DNA of 64,000 bases. Source: Pseudomonadota bacterium (GTDB lineage: Bacteria; Pseudomonadota; Gammaproteobacteria; Burkholderiales; DATLHW01). Of the stretch, positions 34,075 to 43,285 are shown piece after piece. The stretch is from contig JAZKCF010000003.1 in the NCBI GenBank assembly GCA_040388195.1, positions 38,752 through 102,751 of the forward strand, read 5' to 3'. The number at the start of each line of letters is the position of its first letter. Position 1 is the first letter of the stretch. Both the position numbers and the translations under genes were made by a program. The notes below the pieces were generated by a model. That model saw only the letters and a program-made list of their open reading frames with translations. It searched no databases and was not told where the DNA came from.

Positions 34075-34440
34075 ATGAACGCTAAAAAATTTAAGACTAT
34101 TTATTATGCGGCCATCGTTCTCAGCATTATTTTTGGCGTATCAGGTCAGTTGCTAATGAAGGGTGTGGCTTTGCAAACAATCGGCGACGCGGCTATTTGG
34201 TCCGCATTATTGCAGTTGTTTGCAGCGCTCTTCGTTTACTCCGTCGGCGTGCTTTGCTGGATTTTTTCGTTGCGTAACATTCGTTTGAGTGTTGCCTATT
34301 CTTTGAGCAGTTTGAATTATGTCGGGATACTCCTTGGTTCATATTATTTATTCGGGGAGCACATTAGCGTTGCTCGTATGGCAGGCGTGATCTTTATTTT
34401 TATCGGCGTTATTCTTGTTGTTTTAAAACCTAGCAGATAA
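34075..34440 (+). CDS. SMR/EamA-like four-TM small membrane transporter (ArnE/ArnF-like)
   Basis: A 121-aa protein with four hydrophobic helices. LSVAYSLSSLNYVGILLGSYYLFGEHISVARMAGVIFIFIGVILV resembles the EamA/ArnE C-terminal half. Confidence 0.6.
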   Translation: MNAKKFKTIYYAAIVLSIIFGVSGQLLMKGVALQTIGDAAIWSALLQLFAALFVYSVGVLCWIFSLRNIRLSVAYSLSSLNYVGILLGSYYLFGEHISVARMAGVIFIFIGVILVVLKPSR

Positions 34441-34840
34441 GAAGGCGTGCGATTTTAAAAAGCATGCGTTTGTACAGAGACGTGGTGGATTAGTCAGTCG
34501 GTAAATTTTTCTCTCTTAAAGTAAGTGTTTTGTAAAAATTGCGCACTTTTCTTCATTTCTATGCTTTCTACCCGTGAATTTCCTTGGCATGAAAAATGCG
34601 TAGGAGGTACTACGCATATCATGGACGTATGTGATGATGTTAGAACCTCCCAGGCGGGAGAGCTTTGCGGTGACAAGGAAATTTGCCATGCGGCACGGTC
34701 TTCATTCCGCGATGCTCGTTGTAGTTGGACGGTTATATCTCTCAGCCCAATGGGCATGCTTACTGTTACTTCTCCATAACGTACGTGAATACGCCATTAA
34801 GATTAACCGGCAATTTTTTTCCTCGCATGCACACTTATTG

Positions 34841-35575
34841 ATGATCACAAACCTGGTGCAACTGCCGGTAAATACGTTGCCTCAGCCAGACGAAACTACC
34901 TGCGGGCCGACGTGTCTACATGCTGTATATCGTTATTGGGCTGACAACGATTCATTGGAAGCAGTCATCGCGCGCGCGCATCGACTCGAACAGGGCGGTA
35001 CCTTTGCTGTTTTTCTAGCCTGTGACGCATTGCGTAAAGGTTACCTCGCTACCATTTATACCTATAACGTTACGGTGTTTGATCCCACGTGGTTTACGCG
35101 GTCTGGTGTAAACATCGCTAAACGTTTACAGCTGCAACGTGAAGTCAAAATGGATTATCGCTTGCAGCATGTCACTGAGGGATATTTAGAATTTTTAAGT
35201 CTTGGCGGACAACTGAGATTCGTCGATTTGTCTCGCCAGCTTATTCGCGGCATCCTGCGTCGGCGATTGCCGATTCTTACCGGGCTTAGCTCGACCTTTT
35301 TATATCGTACTGCTCGTGAGTATGGTCCTGACGATATTGCCGATGATGTACGCGGCCTGCCTGCAGGCCACTTCGTTATCCTCGCCGGCTATGATCGTAA
35401 GCACCGGACGGTGTTGGTAGTCGATCCTTATCAGCCTAACCCGTATGGCCCCGCGCACGAATACTGGATCAGCATGGACCGCGTGATTGCCGCGATCCTG
35501 CTGGGTATTGTTACGCATGATGCCAATTTGCTAGTCGTTTACCCGCCACATGGCACCATACAGGAAGATCCATGA
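34841..35575 (+). CDS. Papain-fold cysteine peptidase-like protein (C39-like)
   Basis: QPDETTCGPTCLHAVYRYW (Gln...Cys nucleophile context) and PAGHFVILAGYDRK...VVDP (His and Asp context). The ORF opens at 34631, but the upstream part looks non-coding, so the ATG at 34841 is preferred. The stop overlaps the next start (ATGA). Confidence 0.6.
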   Translation: MITNLVQLPVNTLPQPDETTCGPTCLHAVYRYWADNDSLEAVIARAHRLEQGGTFAVFLACDALRKGYLATIYTYNVTVFDPTWFTRSGVNIAKRLQLQREVKMDYRLQHVTEGYLEFLSLGGQLRFVDLSRQLIRGILRRRLPILTGLSSTFLYRTAREYGPDDIADDVRGLPAGHFVILAGYDRKHRTVLVVDPYQPNPYGPAHEYWISMDRVIAAILLGIVTHDANLLVVYPPHGTIQEDP

Positions 35576-37038
35576 ACGCGTTATTAGTCGTCAATCATTT
35601 ACACCAATGGCCTTTCGTTATACCAGGGGTGACAGCAGTTCCTGTTCGCAGTTACCTAACTGATCCAACATACGCTGGGAATCATTCTTTTAAAGTATTT
35701 AATCTATGCAAATCTGATCGCTATCAAGGACGCGGTTATTACGTATCTTTATTGGCGGAAGCGCGGGGACATCAACCATTACCTGACGTGAAAACAGTTG
35801 AAGAGTTGCAATCGAAAAGCTATCGGCAATATCTAGACTTGCAGATTGACGAACTTATTCAACAGTCCTTTCAAAACGTATCGTCGAATATTTTTGAGCT
35901 TGACGTATACTTCGGCCGCGATCCCACGGGACGCCATGAGGCCCTTGCTAAAAAATTATTTGGCGTAGCGCATGTACCTTTATTAAGCGCAGTGTTCACG
36001 CAAACTGAGAAGCGTTGGCGGCTTGCAGATATTCGTGCATTAAGCGCAGGCGAAATTCCATCCCAGCATCGATTGTTTGTAATGCAAACAGTTACCGAAT
36101 ATTGCACCGGATCTAAGGGGAGGGCGCGGGAAACAATCTCGCGCCCTCCTTCTATTGCGATTCTTCATGATGCCGACGAGCCGGAACGACCATCTAATCC
36201 AGAAGCTTTACGCAAATTTCGAGAGGCAGCGGAATTGCTTGGAATGCGGGCAGAAATGATTACTCGATCCGATGAAGATAGGTTGGCTGAATTCGATGCA
36301 CTATTTATTCGCGATACTACCAACGTTAATCATTACACATACCAGCTTTCACGCCGCGCTGCGAATGAAGGATTAATTGTCATCGACGACCCGGACTCTA
36401 TTTTAAAGTGCACTAATAAAGTGTACTTGAACGAACTGTTGACTCGGCATCGCGTTCCGACACCGAAGACACTGATTGTTCATCGGGAAAATATTGATCA
36501 AATAGTGCCGACGTTGGGTTTGCCTTGCATTTTAAAAAAGCCGGATGGGGCATTTTCTCTTGGTGTTACCAAGGTGGAATCCGAACAACAGCTATCCGCA
36601 AAAGTAAATCAGCTGCTAGAAACATCGGAATTGATCATTGCGCAAGAATTTCTACCTACTACTTTTGATTGGCGCGTCACGATTCTTGATGGCCGTCCAT
36701 TATTTGTCTGTAAATATTTCATGGCGCCGGGACATTGGCAAATTATTAAGCACGAGCAGGCATCAAAGATAGAAGGGGTGACATCTACATTTTCTATCGG
36801 CGAAGTGCCTGATCAAGTAATAAAGACCGCAGTACGAGCGGCGAATCTGATTGGCAATGGTTTATATGGTGTCGATTTAAAACAAGTCGGTGAACAATGT
36901 TATGTCATAGAAATTAATGACAATCCTAATATCGATGCCGGTAATGAAGACGCCGTCTTAAACGGAGCTCTTTATAGGGAAGTAATGGGTGTATTTTTTA
37001 AACGCATTCGAGAACGGAGAAAAGGAGTTTCTGCCTAA
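35572..37038 (+). CDS. RimK-type ATP-grasp ligase with a ~190-aa N-terminal extension (RLAN-like)
   Basis: The C-terminal half is collinear with RimK/GshB ATP-grasp enzymes: NKVYLNELL, CILKKPDGAFSLGV, IAQEFLPTTFDWRVTILDGRPL and YGVDLKQVGEQCYVIEINDNPNI. Confidence 0.85.
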   Translation: MNALLVVNHLHQWPFVIPGVTAVPVRSYLTDPTYAGNHSFKVFNLCKSDRYQGRGYYVSLLAEARGHQPLPDVKTVEELQSKSYRQYLDLQIDELIQQSFQNVSSNIFELDVYFGRDPTGRHEALAKKLFGVAHVPLLSAVFTQTEKRWRLADIRALSAGEIPSQHRLFVMQTVTEYCTGSKGRARETISRPPSIAILHDADEPERPSNPEALRKFREAAELLGMRAEMITRSDEDRLAEFDALFIRDTTNVNHYTYQLSRRAANEGLIVIDDPDSILKCTNKVYLNELLTRHRVPTPKTLIVHRENIDQIVPTLGLPCILKKPDGAFSLGVTKVESEQQLSAKVNQLLETSELIIAQEFLPTTFDWRVTILDGRPLFVCKYFMAPGHWQIIKHEQASKIEGVTSTFSIGEVPDQVIKTAVRAANLIGNGLYGVDLKQVGEQCYVIEINDNPNIDAGNEDAVLNGALYREVMGVFFKRIRERRKGVSA

Positions 37039-37039
37039 T

Positions 37040-38320
37040 ATGAATACCAGCGCACTTAATATCGATGTGTCACCGGCTACAAATATTGCGCCTTTATCCG
37101 CGTTTCAAGGATGTGGGCTCGAGATCGAATATATGATTGTGGATCGTACTACCGGCGCGGTACGGCCTATCGCCGATCAATTGCTTTGCAGTGGATTGTC
37201 TAATACAAGTGATGCTGGCAGCAAAAGAGAATCGTTGGCATGGTCCAATGAATTAGTTTCCCATGTTATCGAATTGAAAAACACGCGACCTATAGCGAAT
37301 TTGCGTCGCTTGCGAGAAGGGTTTCAAAACGAAGTGCGCGCGATGAATCGTCGCCTTGAATCATTCAATGCTTGTTTAATGCCCACCGGCATGCACCCTT
37401 CGATGAACGCGCAGTTAGAAACTTGTTTGTGGACTAAGAGCGATCGCCAAATCTACGATTCATATCAGCGCATTTTTGATTGCAAAACACCAGGCTGGGC
37501 TAATCTGCAAAGCCTGCATATCAATTTGCCGTTTGCGGATGATAAGGAATTTGCACGATTGCACGCGGCAATAAGATTAATGCTCCCGATTCTTCCGGCA
37601 TTAGCGGCCAGTTCCCCAATCCTGAACGGCGCAAGTACTGGTTTCATGGATTACCGGCTAGAGGCTTATCGTAATAACGCCAGAATTATTCCTTCCATTA
37701 CCGGTCACGTTATTCCCGAAACGGTGAGCAGCCGTGTTGAATACGAAACGATGATACTTGCACCAATGTATCGTGAAATCTCGCCGTTTGACCCGGATGC
37801 AATATTGCAGCATGAATGGCTGAATTCACGTGGAGCTATCGCGCGTTTTGACCGCAATGCGATTGAGATTCGCTTAATAGATGTGCAGGAATGCCCTTAT
37901 GTGGATGTGGCGATAGCCGCGTTAACGGCCGATTTGGTCAAGGCATTGTATGATCAGCATCTTGCACCCTTTACTACGCAGCAATTTATGGAAACCAAGG
38001 CACTAGAACATATATTGCTGGCGTGTATTCAGGATGCCGAATTGGCCGTAATCGACAATCCGGCATATTTAGCTTTGCTCGGTTATCCGGCGTCGTCATG
38101 CACGGCAGGTGAACTCTGGCGTCACATTGGTGGATATCTACTAAAAATGCCTGGCTCTCATAGTGAGTTGTGGACCGATCCTCTGTCCATGATCCTTAGG
38201 CATGGACCACTTGCGCGTCGAATCGTGCGAGCAGTCGGGTGGGGTTGCTCGCCTGAACGGTTACGCGCCGTCTATCGCCAGCTTAGTGAATGTCTGCAAC
38301 AAGGTGGTATGTTTATTTGA
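37040..38320 (+). CDS. Glutamate-cysteine ligase family 2 (GCS2/YbdK-like) carboxylate-amine ligase
   Basis: GLEIEYMIVD, ELVSHVIELKN, LHINLPF, LPALAASSP and IEIRLIDVQECP are typical GCS2 blocks. The ORF opens at 36989; the ATG at 37040 lies 1 nt after the upstream stop. Confidence 0.8.
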   Translation: MNTSALNIDVSPATNIAPLSAFQGCGLEIEYMIVDRTTGAVRPIADQLLCSGLSNTSDAGSKRESLAWSNELVSHVIELKNTRPIANLRRLREGFQNEVRAMNRRLESFNACLMPTGMHPSMNAQLETCLWTKSDRQIYDSYQRIFDCKTPGWANLQSLHINLPFADDKEFARLHAAIRLMLPILPALAASSPILNGASTGFMDYRLEAYRNNARIIPSITGHVIPETVSSRVEYETMILAPMYREISPFDPDAILQHEWLNSRGAIARFDRNAIEIRLIDVQECPYVDVAIAALTADLVKALYDQHLAPFTTQQFMETKALEHILLACIQDAELAVIDNPAYLALLGYPASSCTAGELWRHIGGYLLKMPGSHSELWTDPLSMILRHGPLARRIVRAVGWGCSPERLRAVYRQLSECLQQGGMFI

Positions 38321-38443
38321 GGATGTGTTGTTCTTCTGTGAATTGGCAATAATTTTTAGGCGTCGCAAAAAGTAAGCTTTTCCTTTTACCCAAAATACTA
38401 ATTAGAATCCGTTCCTCTCGTTGTTATTCACCAGGGTATTTGT

Positions 38444-39520
38444 ATGAGGAAATGCGAGTTTTGCCAAACTGATAATGAACTAAGGGCGAATTTCTGCGGG
38501 AATTGTGGTTGCCCTCTTCATCTGCGAGTTTGTTCTAGTTGCGAGACCGTTAACGGCAAAGACGCAGAGACTTGCTCGAAGTGCGGTGTGCGGCTGTTTT
38601 TTTCGGAAGAGTCTGTACCGCTTGAGACTACCGCAGCTGCGGAAGCCGCAACTGAAAGTATGGGGGCGCTGCTGCAAGAGCTCGAAGACGAAGTTCGCAA
38701 GCAATTAGTCGATGAATCGCGTGTAGAGTTAGAAGACACAAAAGTTGATCCCTTATTTTTCGAACCGGTAGTCATGAAGGAGAAAGTGGTAAATAAGGGT
38801 TCGATTGAGACGTATCCGATGGATTGCGATGCGACGGATGCGGCGCCGAAGATCGTTGTTCCACAAACGCGATGGTCGCTGAGACAGGATGCCAAACAGA
38901 TACCGGAGAGATCCGAAACTTGTTTCATCACGGAATCCACCTATCCGATCGCTACAGTCAATGGAGAAGGACGGCACGACAAGGCCTTGACCAGCTGGCG
39001 ACGAATCGGCGCATGGGTAGGTTTGTTTAGTGGTATTAGCGCTATTACTGCTGTTTGGTATCTAAATGCATATGCAGTGCGAACGACACCGAATCAAGTC
39101 GCTACCTTTTCAACTGCTAGCCAGCCGATCACAGCTAAACCGGTTATTAAAACGGAGGGCGCGCAATCGAATGTTCCCGTAACGCAAGAAAAGTCTCTTA
39201 CTGCAGTGCCTGAAAAAGAAAAAATATTGCCCTCCGTTGCGCCAGAAAAAAATGAGGCGCCTTTGACTACCGAAGCCACGCCGAGTGCTTCGGCACCTCG
39301 TCCAGCCGCGCCGGCGAGTAAGCTGATTATTGCAGTGAGTCCGTGGGGGAAAGTGTATGTGGATGGAAAGCACAGGGGCGTATCACCGCCGCTAACAGAG
39401 CTGATGCTTTCACCTGGCGAGCATCAAGTGGAAATACGTAATACCGATCTCCCTCCTTATCAGGCGCAAATTCGAGTGCATCGTGACCATCCATTTAGAA
39501 TTAAGCATAAATTCGAATAA
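38444..39520 (+). CDS. Double zinc-ribbon / TM / Pro-rich linker / C-terminal PEGA-domain protein
   Basis: N-terminus CEFCQ...FCGNCGCPL...CSSCE...CSKCG. A TM helix WVGLFSGISAITAVWYL follows. The C-terminus IIAVSPWGKVYVDGKHRGVSPP...LSPGEHQVEIRN is PEGA-like. Confidence 0.7.
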   Translation: MRKCEFCQTDNELRANFCGNCGCPLHLRVCSSCETVNGKDAETCSKCGVRLFFSEESVPLETTAAAEAATESMGALLQELEDEVRKQLVDESRVELEDTKVDPLFFEPVVMKEKVVNKGSIETYPMDCDATDAAPKIVVPQTRWSLRQDAKQIPERSETCFITESTYPIATVNGEGRHDKALTSWRRIGAWVGLFSGISAITAVWYLNAYAVRTTPNQVATFSTASQPITAKPVIKTEGAQSNVPVTQEKSLTAVPEKEKILPSVAPEKNEAPLTTEATPSASAPRPAAPASKLIIAVSPWGKVYVDGKHRGVSPPLTELMLSPGEHQVEIRNTDLPPYQAQIRVHRDHPFRIKHKFE

Positions 39521-39521
39521 T

Positions 39522-39715
39522 GGTCAGTCACGTTAGATTTGTTAAGCACAATCTTTTTCATTGTCATTCTGAGTGCAATGAAGAATCTGCTTTTTGCTTA
39601 TGTTATGCACGATGTTAATTTTAACCGTCGTACACAGCAGATTCTTCCCCCCGCTTTCGTAAGGGCTAACGGCGCGCTCAGAATGACAGTGACACGCCGT
39701 GCAAATGTTTTATGT
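39522..39715. repeat. Family B palindromic repeat, copy 4
   Basis: GGTCAGTCACGTTAGATTTGTTAAGCAC...TTGTCATTCTGAGTGCAATGAAGAATCTGCTTTTTGC ... CAGCAGATTCTTCCCC...GCGCTCAGAATGACAGTGAC. The right end is degenerate. Confidence 0.8.
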
Positions 39716-39881
39716 CTTTTAAGGACATAGTTTAATGTTAGTATTTTGTTCACGATTCATTTGCTTTGCGTTGTAGTCTTTGTAAGTATTTGTCGCCTGC
39801 AATTACTAATGCTGAATATAGTGGGCGGAATGGTACCGATATGGCTTTTGCCTCGTGAATCCATTTGTTGATAAGGGAGTT

Positions 39882-40265
39882 ATGAATCGGTTTTGGCGAA
39901 AAATTATGGCGAGTCTTGGCGTATGCGCGTTGCTCTTCGCGCAACTCGCCGTGGCTGCCTACGCTTGTCCGACATCTGGCAGCGGGGTGTCTGCAATAGC
40001 CAAAATCGCCTCAAATGACGAAGTGAAGCCATGTCATAACATGGATCCGGTACGCGCAAATTTATGTAAACAGCATTGCGAACAAACGTCTCAGTCCGTC
40101 GACACGAATCTGCATACGACAATCGATGCGCCGCTGTTACCCCTCCTTACAACTATTATCTCTCCCGCCATCCATCTTCCCGTCCGAGCCACTTGGCGGG
40201 GCGAGTCATTGGCCCGTAGTATCGATCCTCCGCTGTCCATTCGAAACTGCCGTTTCCTCATTTGA
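39882..40265 (+). CDS. Small exported Cys/His-containing hypothetical protein upstream of the cus-like operon
   Basis: RBS AAGGGAG followed by an ATG, and signal peptide MNRFWRKIMASLGVCALLFAQLAVAAYA. The mature part has CPTSG...KPCHNMDP...LCKQHCEQ. I cannot assign a family. Confidence 0.5.
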   Translation: MNRFWRKIMASLGVCALLFAQLAVAAYACPTSGSGVSAIAKIASNDEVKPCHNMDPVRANLCKQHCEQTSQSVDTNLHTTIDAPLLPLLTTIISPAIHLPVRATWRGESLARSIDPPLSIRNCRFLI

Positions 40266-40340
40266 TTTTTCAGATCACTTAGCACGTTATCGTCGCGCTG
40301 ATGCGCGGACGGTGTTTGTCCTTTGTCATCTGGAGATATC

Positions 40341-41702
40341 ATGTCATCACCATTCCTTGCGCCTTGCTGTGGGCGTACCCGGGTTCGCGGGTTTCTTGAT
40401 CAAATCGCTTTAGTCCTTGCGGGCATTCTGTCGTTTGCGATCACCGCCACTGCGGCAGAAGCCCCGCTAACTCTTTCCGATGCGCAGCATCGCGCTATTG
40501 AACGTTCGCGCCAGTTGATGGCAGACGATGCCGCCGCAATGGCCTCGCGAGACATGGCCGTTGCAGCTGGGCAGCTGCCTGATCCCGTGCTGAAACTTGG
40601 TATCGACAACCTGCCGATTGATGGGGCGGACCGTTTCAGTGTTACCAGCGACTTCATGACCATGCGCCGCGTCGGGATCATGCAAGAACTCACTCGTTCA
40701 GAAAAACGCCAATTACGCGCACAGCGATTCGAGCGCGAAGCGGAAAAATCGCTCGCACAAAAGACCGCAACCCTCACTGAAATCCAACGTGATACCGCGC
40801 TTGCTTGGCTGGATCGTTATTACGCCGAAGCGCAGATTGACGTTATTGCTGAACAGATCAAGGAAGCCAACGCCGAAATTATCGCGGCCGAAGGCGCTTA
40901 TCGTGCCGGGCGCGGTAGCCAGGCCGATATCTTTGCTGCCAGGAGCGCTCGGATTGCACTGGACGACCGGACAAGCGAATTCAGCCGCCGTGTTCGTACC
41001 GCGAAGATTGGCTTGGCACGCTGGGTGGGAGATATTGGCGATCGACCTCTAGCGGGCAAGCCTGCAATTGATTCCATCCAACTCGATACCGGCGCCGCGC
41101 TCGGCATCCACCTCGGCCATCATCCCGCGATTGCGCTGCTGTCGAAACAGGAAGAGGTCGCGTTGACCGAAGTACGGCTTGCAGAAGCCAACAAGAAATC
41201 CGACTGGAACGTCGAGCTGATGTATAGCCAGCGGGGGCCAGCTTTTTCAAACATGGTATCGGTTGGGGTTTCCATTCCTTTGCCGTGGGACCAAAAGAAC
41301 CGGCAAGACAGGGAAGTGGCTGCGAAGCGTGCAATGGTTGAGGCGGTGAGGGCTGAGCGCGACGAGATGCTGCGTGCCCATGTAGCCGAAGTGCGGAAGA
41401 TGATTGACGAGTGGGAAAACGGCCGTGAACGTCTGGTGCGCTATGAGCGGGAATTACTATCCCTTGCTAAGGAGCGAACGACAGCGGCCGTCGCTAGCTA
41501 TCGTGGCGGCAAGACGAACCTCAACGACGTATTACTGGCCCGCCGCAATGAAATTGATATGCGCTTGCAAGCCTTGCAATTGGAAGCGGAGACCGCGCGG
41601 CTGTGGGCACAACTCAACTTTATTTTTCCCGAGTACCACGATGCAAATGATGTGAATCATTCGACACTGTCGACCGATTTTCCAATAAAGAAAAACAAAT
41701 AA
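40341..41702 (+). CDS. cusC: Outer-membrane efflux factor (TolC family, CusC/CzcC-like)
   Basis: A signal sequence, then two OEP repeats (LTLSDAQHRAIERSRQL..., LLARRNEIDMRLQALQLEAETARLWAQLNF). It is the first gene of an OMF-MFP-RND operon. The ORF opens at 40323. Confidence 0.8.
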   Translation: MSSPFLAPCCGRTRVRGFLDQIALVLAGILSFAITATAAEAPLTLSDAQHRAIERSRQLMADDAAAMASRDMAVAAGQLPDPVLKLGIDNLPIDGADRFSVTSDFMTMRRVGIMQELTRSEKRQLRAQRFEREAEKSLAQKTATLTEIQRDTALAWLDRYYAEAQIDVIAEQIKEANAEIIAAEGAYRAGRGSQADIFAARSARIALDDRTSEFSRRVRTAKIGLARWVGDIGDRPLAGKPAIDSIQLDTGAALGIHLGHHPAIALLSKQEEVALTEVRLAEANKKSDWNVELMYSQRGPAFSNMVSVGVSIPLPWDQKNRQDREVAAKRAMVEAVRAERDEMLRAHVAEVRKMIDEWENGRERLVRYERELLSLAKERTTAAVASYRGGKTNLNDVLLARRNEIDMRLQALQLEAETARLWAQLNFIFPEYHDANDVNHSTLSTDFPIKKNK

Positions 41703-43285
41703 TGAAAACGAAAGCTCTCGTCCTGACACTGATCGTAGTAGGTCTTGTCGGTGCCTATGGTCTCTACCATGCGGGTATGAATCGTGGCATGCAAATGGCC
41801 GCGCGTCCATCGAGCGGCACGATGACTTCATCGGGTACCGCGCCATCCATTGAGAAGACGGATTCAACCGGTGGTAAGAAACCACTCTATTGGCACGATC
41901 CAATGTTCCCGCAACAAAAGTTCGATAAGCCCGGCAAGTCTCCCTTTATGGACATGCAGTTGGTGCCGGTTTATGCGGACGGAGAGGGGGATGGCAGCAA
42001 TGTCACCATTAGCCCGCGGGTGCAACAGAATCTTGGCGTGCGCACGGTCGAAGCCATCAAGGGAACGCTAGCGCCGGCGGTCGAGGCAGTTGGTAACGTT
42101 GCCTACAACGAGCGCAATATAGCGGTTGTTCAAGCGCGTGCGAACGGTTTCGTCGAGAAGCTTTATGTGCGGGCACCACTCGATCCGGTCAAGAAAGGCC
42201 AGATGCTTGCAGAACTGTACGTACCCGACTGGGTGGCCGCGCAAGAAGAATACCTATCCGTTAAACGCATGGCGGGAACAGGCTTCGAGGATTTGCGGGA
42301 AGGGGCCCGTCAGCGCATGCGAATTGCCGGTATGACTGACGAGCAGATCCGTCGCGTCGAGGCCAGCGGCAAGGTGCAGTCGCGAATTACGATTACCGCT
42401 CCCGTCAGTGGTGTTGTTGCGGAACTTGGTGCACGTGAAGGCATGACAGTGATGGCTGGCGCGCTGCTATTTCGTATCAACGGACTCCAGACAATCTGGG
42501 TTAATGCGGAAGTGCCCGAAGGTCTTGCTGCTCAAGTGCGTCTAGGCAATACGGTTGAAGCGCGTACGCCGGCACTGCCTGGAATCGTTTTCAAGGGAAA
42601 AGTCAGCGCGATCCTACCCGAGGTGAATCCTGCCACGCGTACGTTGAAGGCACGGGTTGAAGTGGCGAACCCTGAAGGCCAACTCGTACCGGGCATGTTC
42701 GCCACCGTCAATTTCCCCCACAATGCGCGGAAGGATATCGTGCTGATACCTAGCGAAGCGATCATCCAAACGGGACAACGTAGTGTTGTCATCGTTGCGC
42801 AAGGCGAGGGGAAATTTGTGCCGGTCGATGTCGAGACGGGTATCGAGACAAATGGCCAGACCGAGATTCGCAAGGGACTCGAAGCTGGCCAGAAAATTGT
42901 CGTCTCAGGTCAATTCCTGCTGGATTCGGAAGCAAGTCTTAAAGGTGTGACGACGAGAATGAGCGACGGCGCTGCACCCGAACGTGGAATGGCGGGCAGC
43001 GTCACGCATCATGGTGAAGGCAAGGTCGAGGCGATTGGCAAGGACGAAATCACCCTTTCGCATGGACCAATTCCGTCGCTGCAATGGGGACCGATGACGA
43101 TGGGTTTCAAGACGCATGCTAGCGGGCTTCCGAAAAATATTTCCGTTGGCGATAACGTCTCTTTCGACATTCGCCAAATCAAGAATGGCAAATTTGAAAT
43201 TGTCGCTATTGCACGGGCACCGAAATCGATGGAGGAAGAGACGAAGAATAAGACAAACGGCAATAACGAAGGGATGCGCAAATGA
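41702..43285 (+). CDS. cusB: Heavy-metal RND periplasmic adaptor (CusB/SilB-like) with a fused C-terminal CusF-like metallochaperone domain
   Basis: N-terminal [31 protein letters not shown], typical of the HME-MFP family. A C-terminal ~70-aa segment [34 protein letters not shown]...FEIVAI carries the CusF His/Trp/Met-x-Met pattern. Confidence 0.85.
   Translation: MKTKALVLTLIVVGLVGAYGLYHAGMNRGMQMAARPSSGTMTSSGTAPSIEKTDSTGGKKPLYWHDPMFPQQKFDKPGKSPFMDMQLVPVYADGEGDGSNVTISPRVQQNLGVRTVEAIKGTLAPAVEAVGNVAYNERNIAVVQARANGFVEKLYVRAPLDPVKKGQMLAELYVPDWVAAQEEYLSVKRMAGTGFEDLREGARQRMRIAGMTDEQIRRVEASGKVQSRITITAPVSGVVAELGAREGMTVMAGALLFRINGLQTIWVNAEVPEGLAAQVRLGNTVEARTPALPGIVFKGKVSAILPEVNPATRTLKARVEVANPEGQLVPGMFATVNFPHNARKDIVLIPSEAIIQTGQRSVVIVAQGEGKFVPVDVETGIETNGQTEIRKGLEAGQKIVVSGQFLLDSEASLKGVTTRMSDGAAPERGMAGSVTHHGEGKVEAIGKDEITLSHGPIPSLQWGPMTMGFKTHASGLPKNISVGDNVSFDIRQIKNGKFEIVAIARAPKSMEEETKNKTNGNNEGMRK

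Noticed and set aside
34631-34840. A 70-aa N-terminal extension of the C39-like peptidase ORF, plus the small overlapping ORFs 34494-34757 and 34525-34779
   Set aside because: The extension (MMMLEPPRRESFAVTRKFAMRHGLHS...) has no peptidase homology and overlaps other spurious ORFs. The region looks like a promoter or leader.
39539-39730. A 63-aa ORF (MLSTIFFIVILSAMKNLLF...)
   Set aside because: It lies entirely within family B repeat copy 4, so it is a translation of the palindromic repeat core and not a gene.
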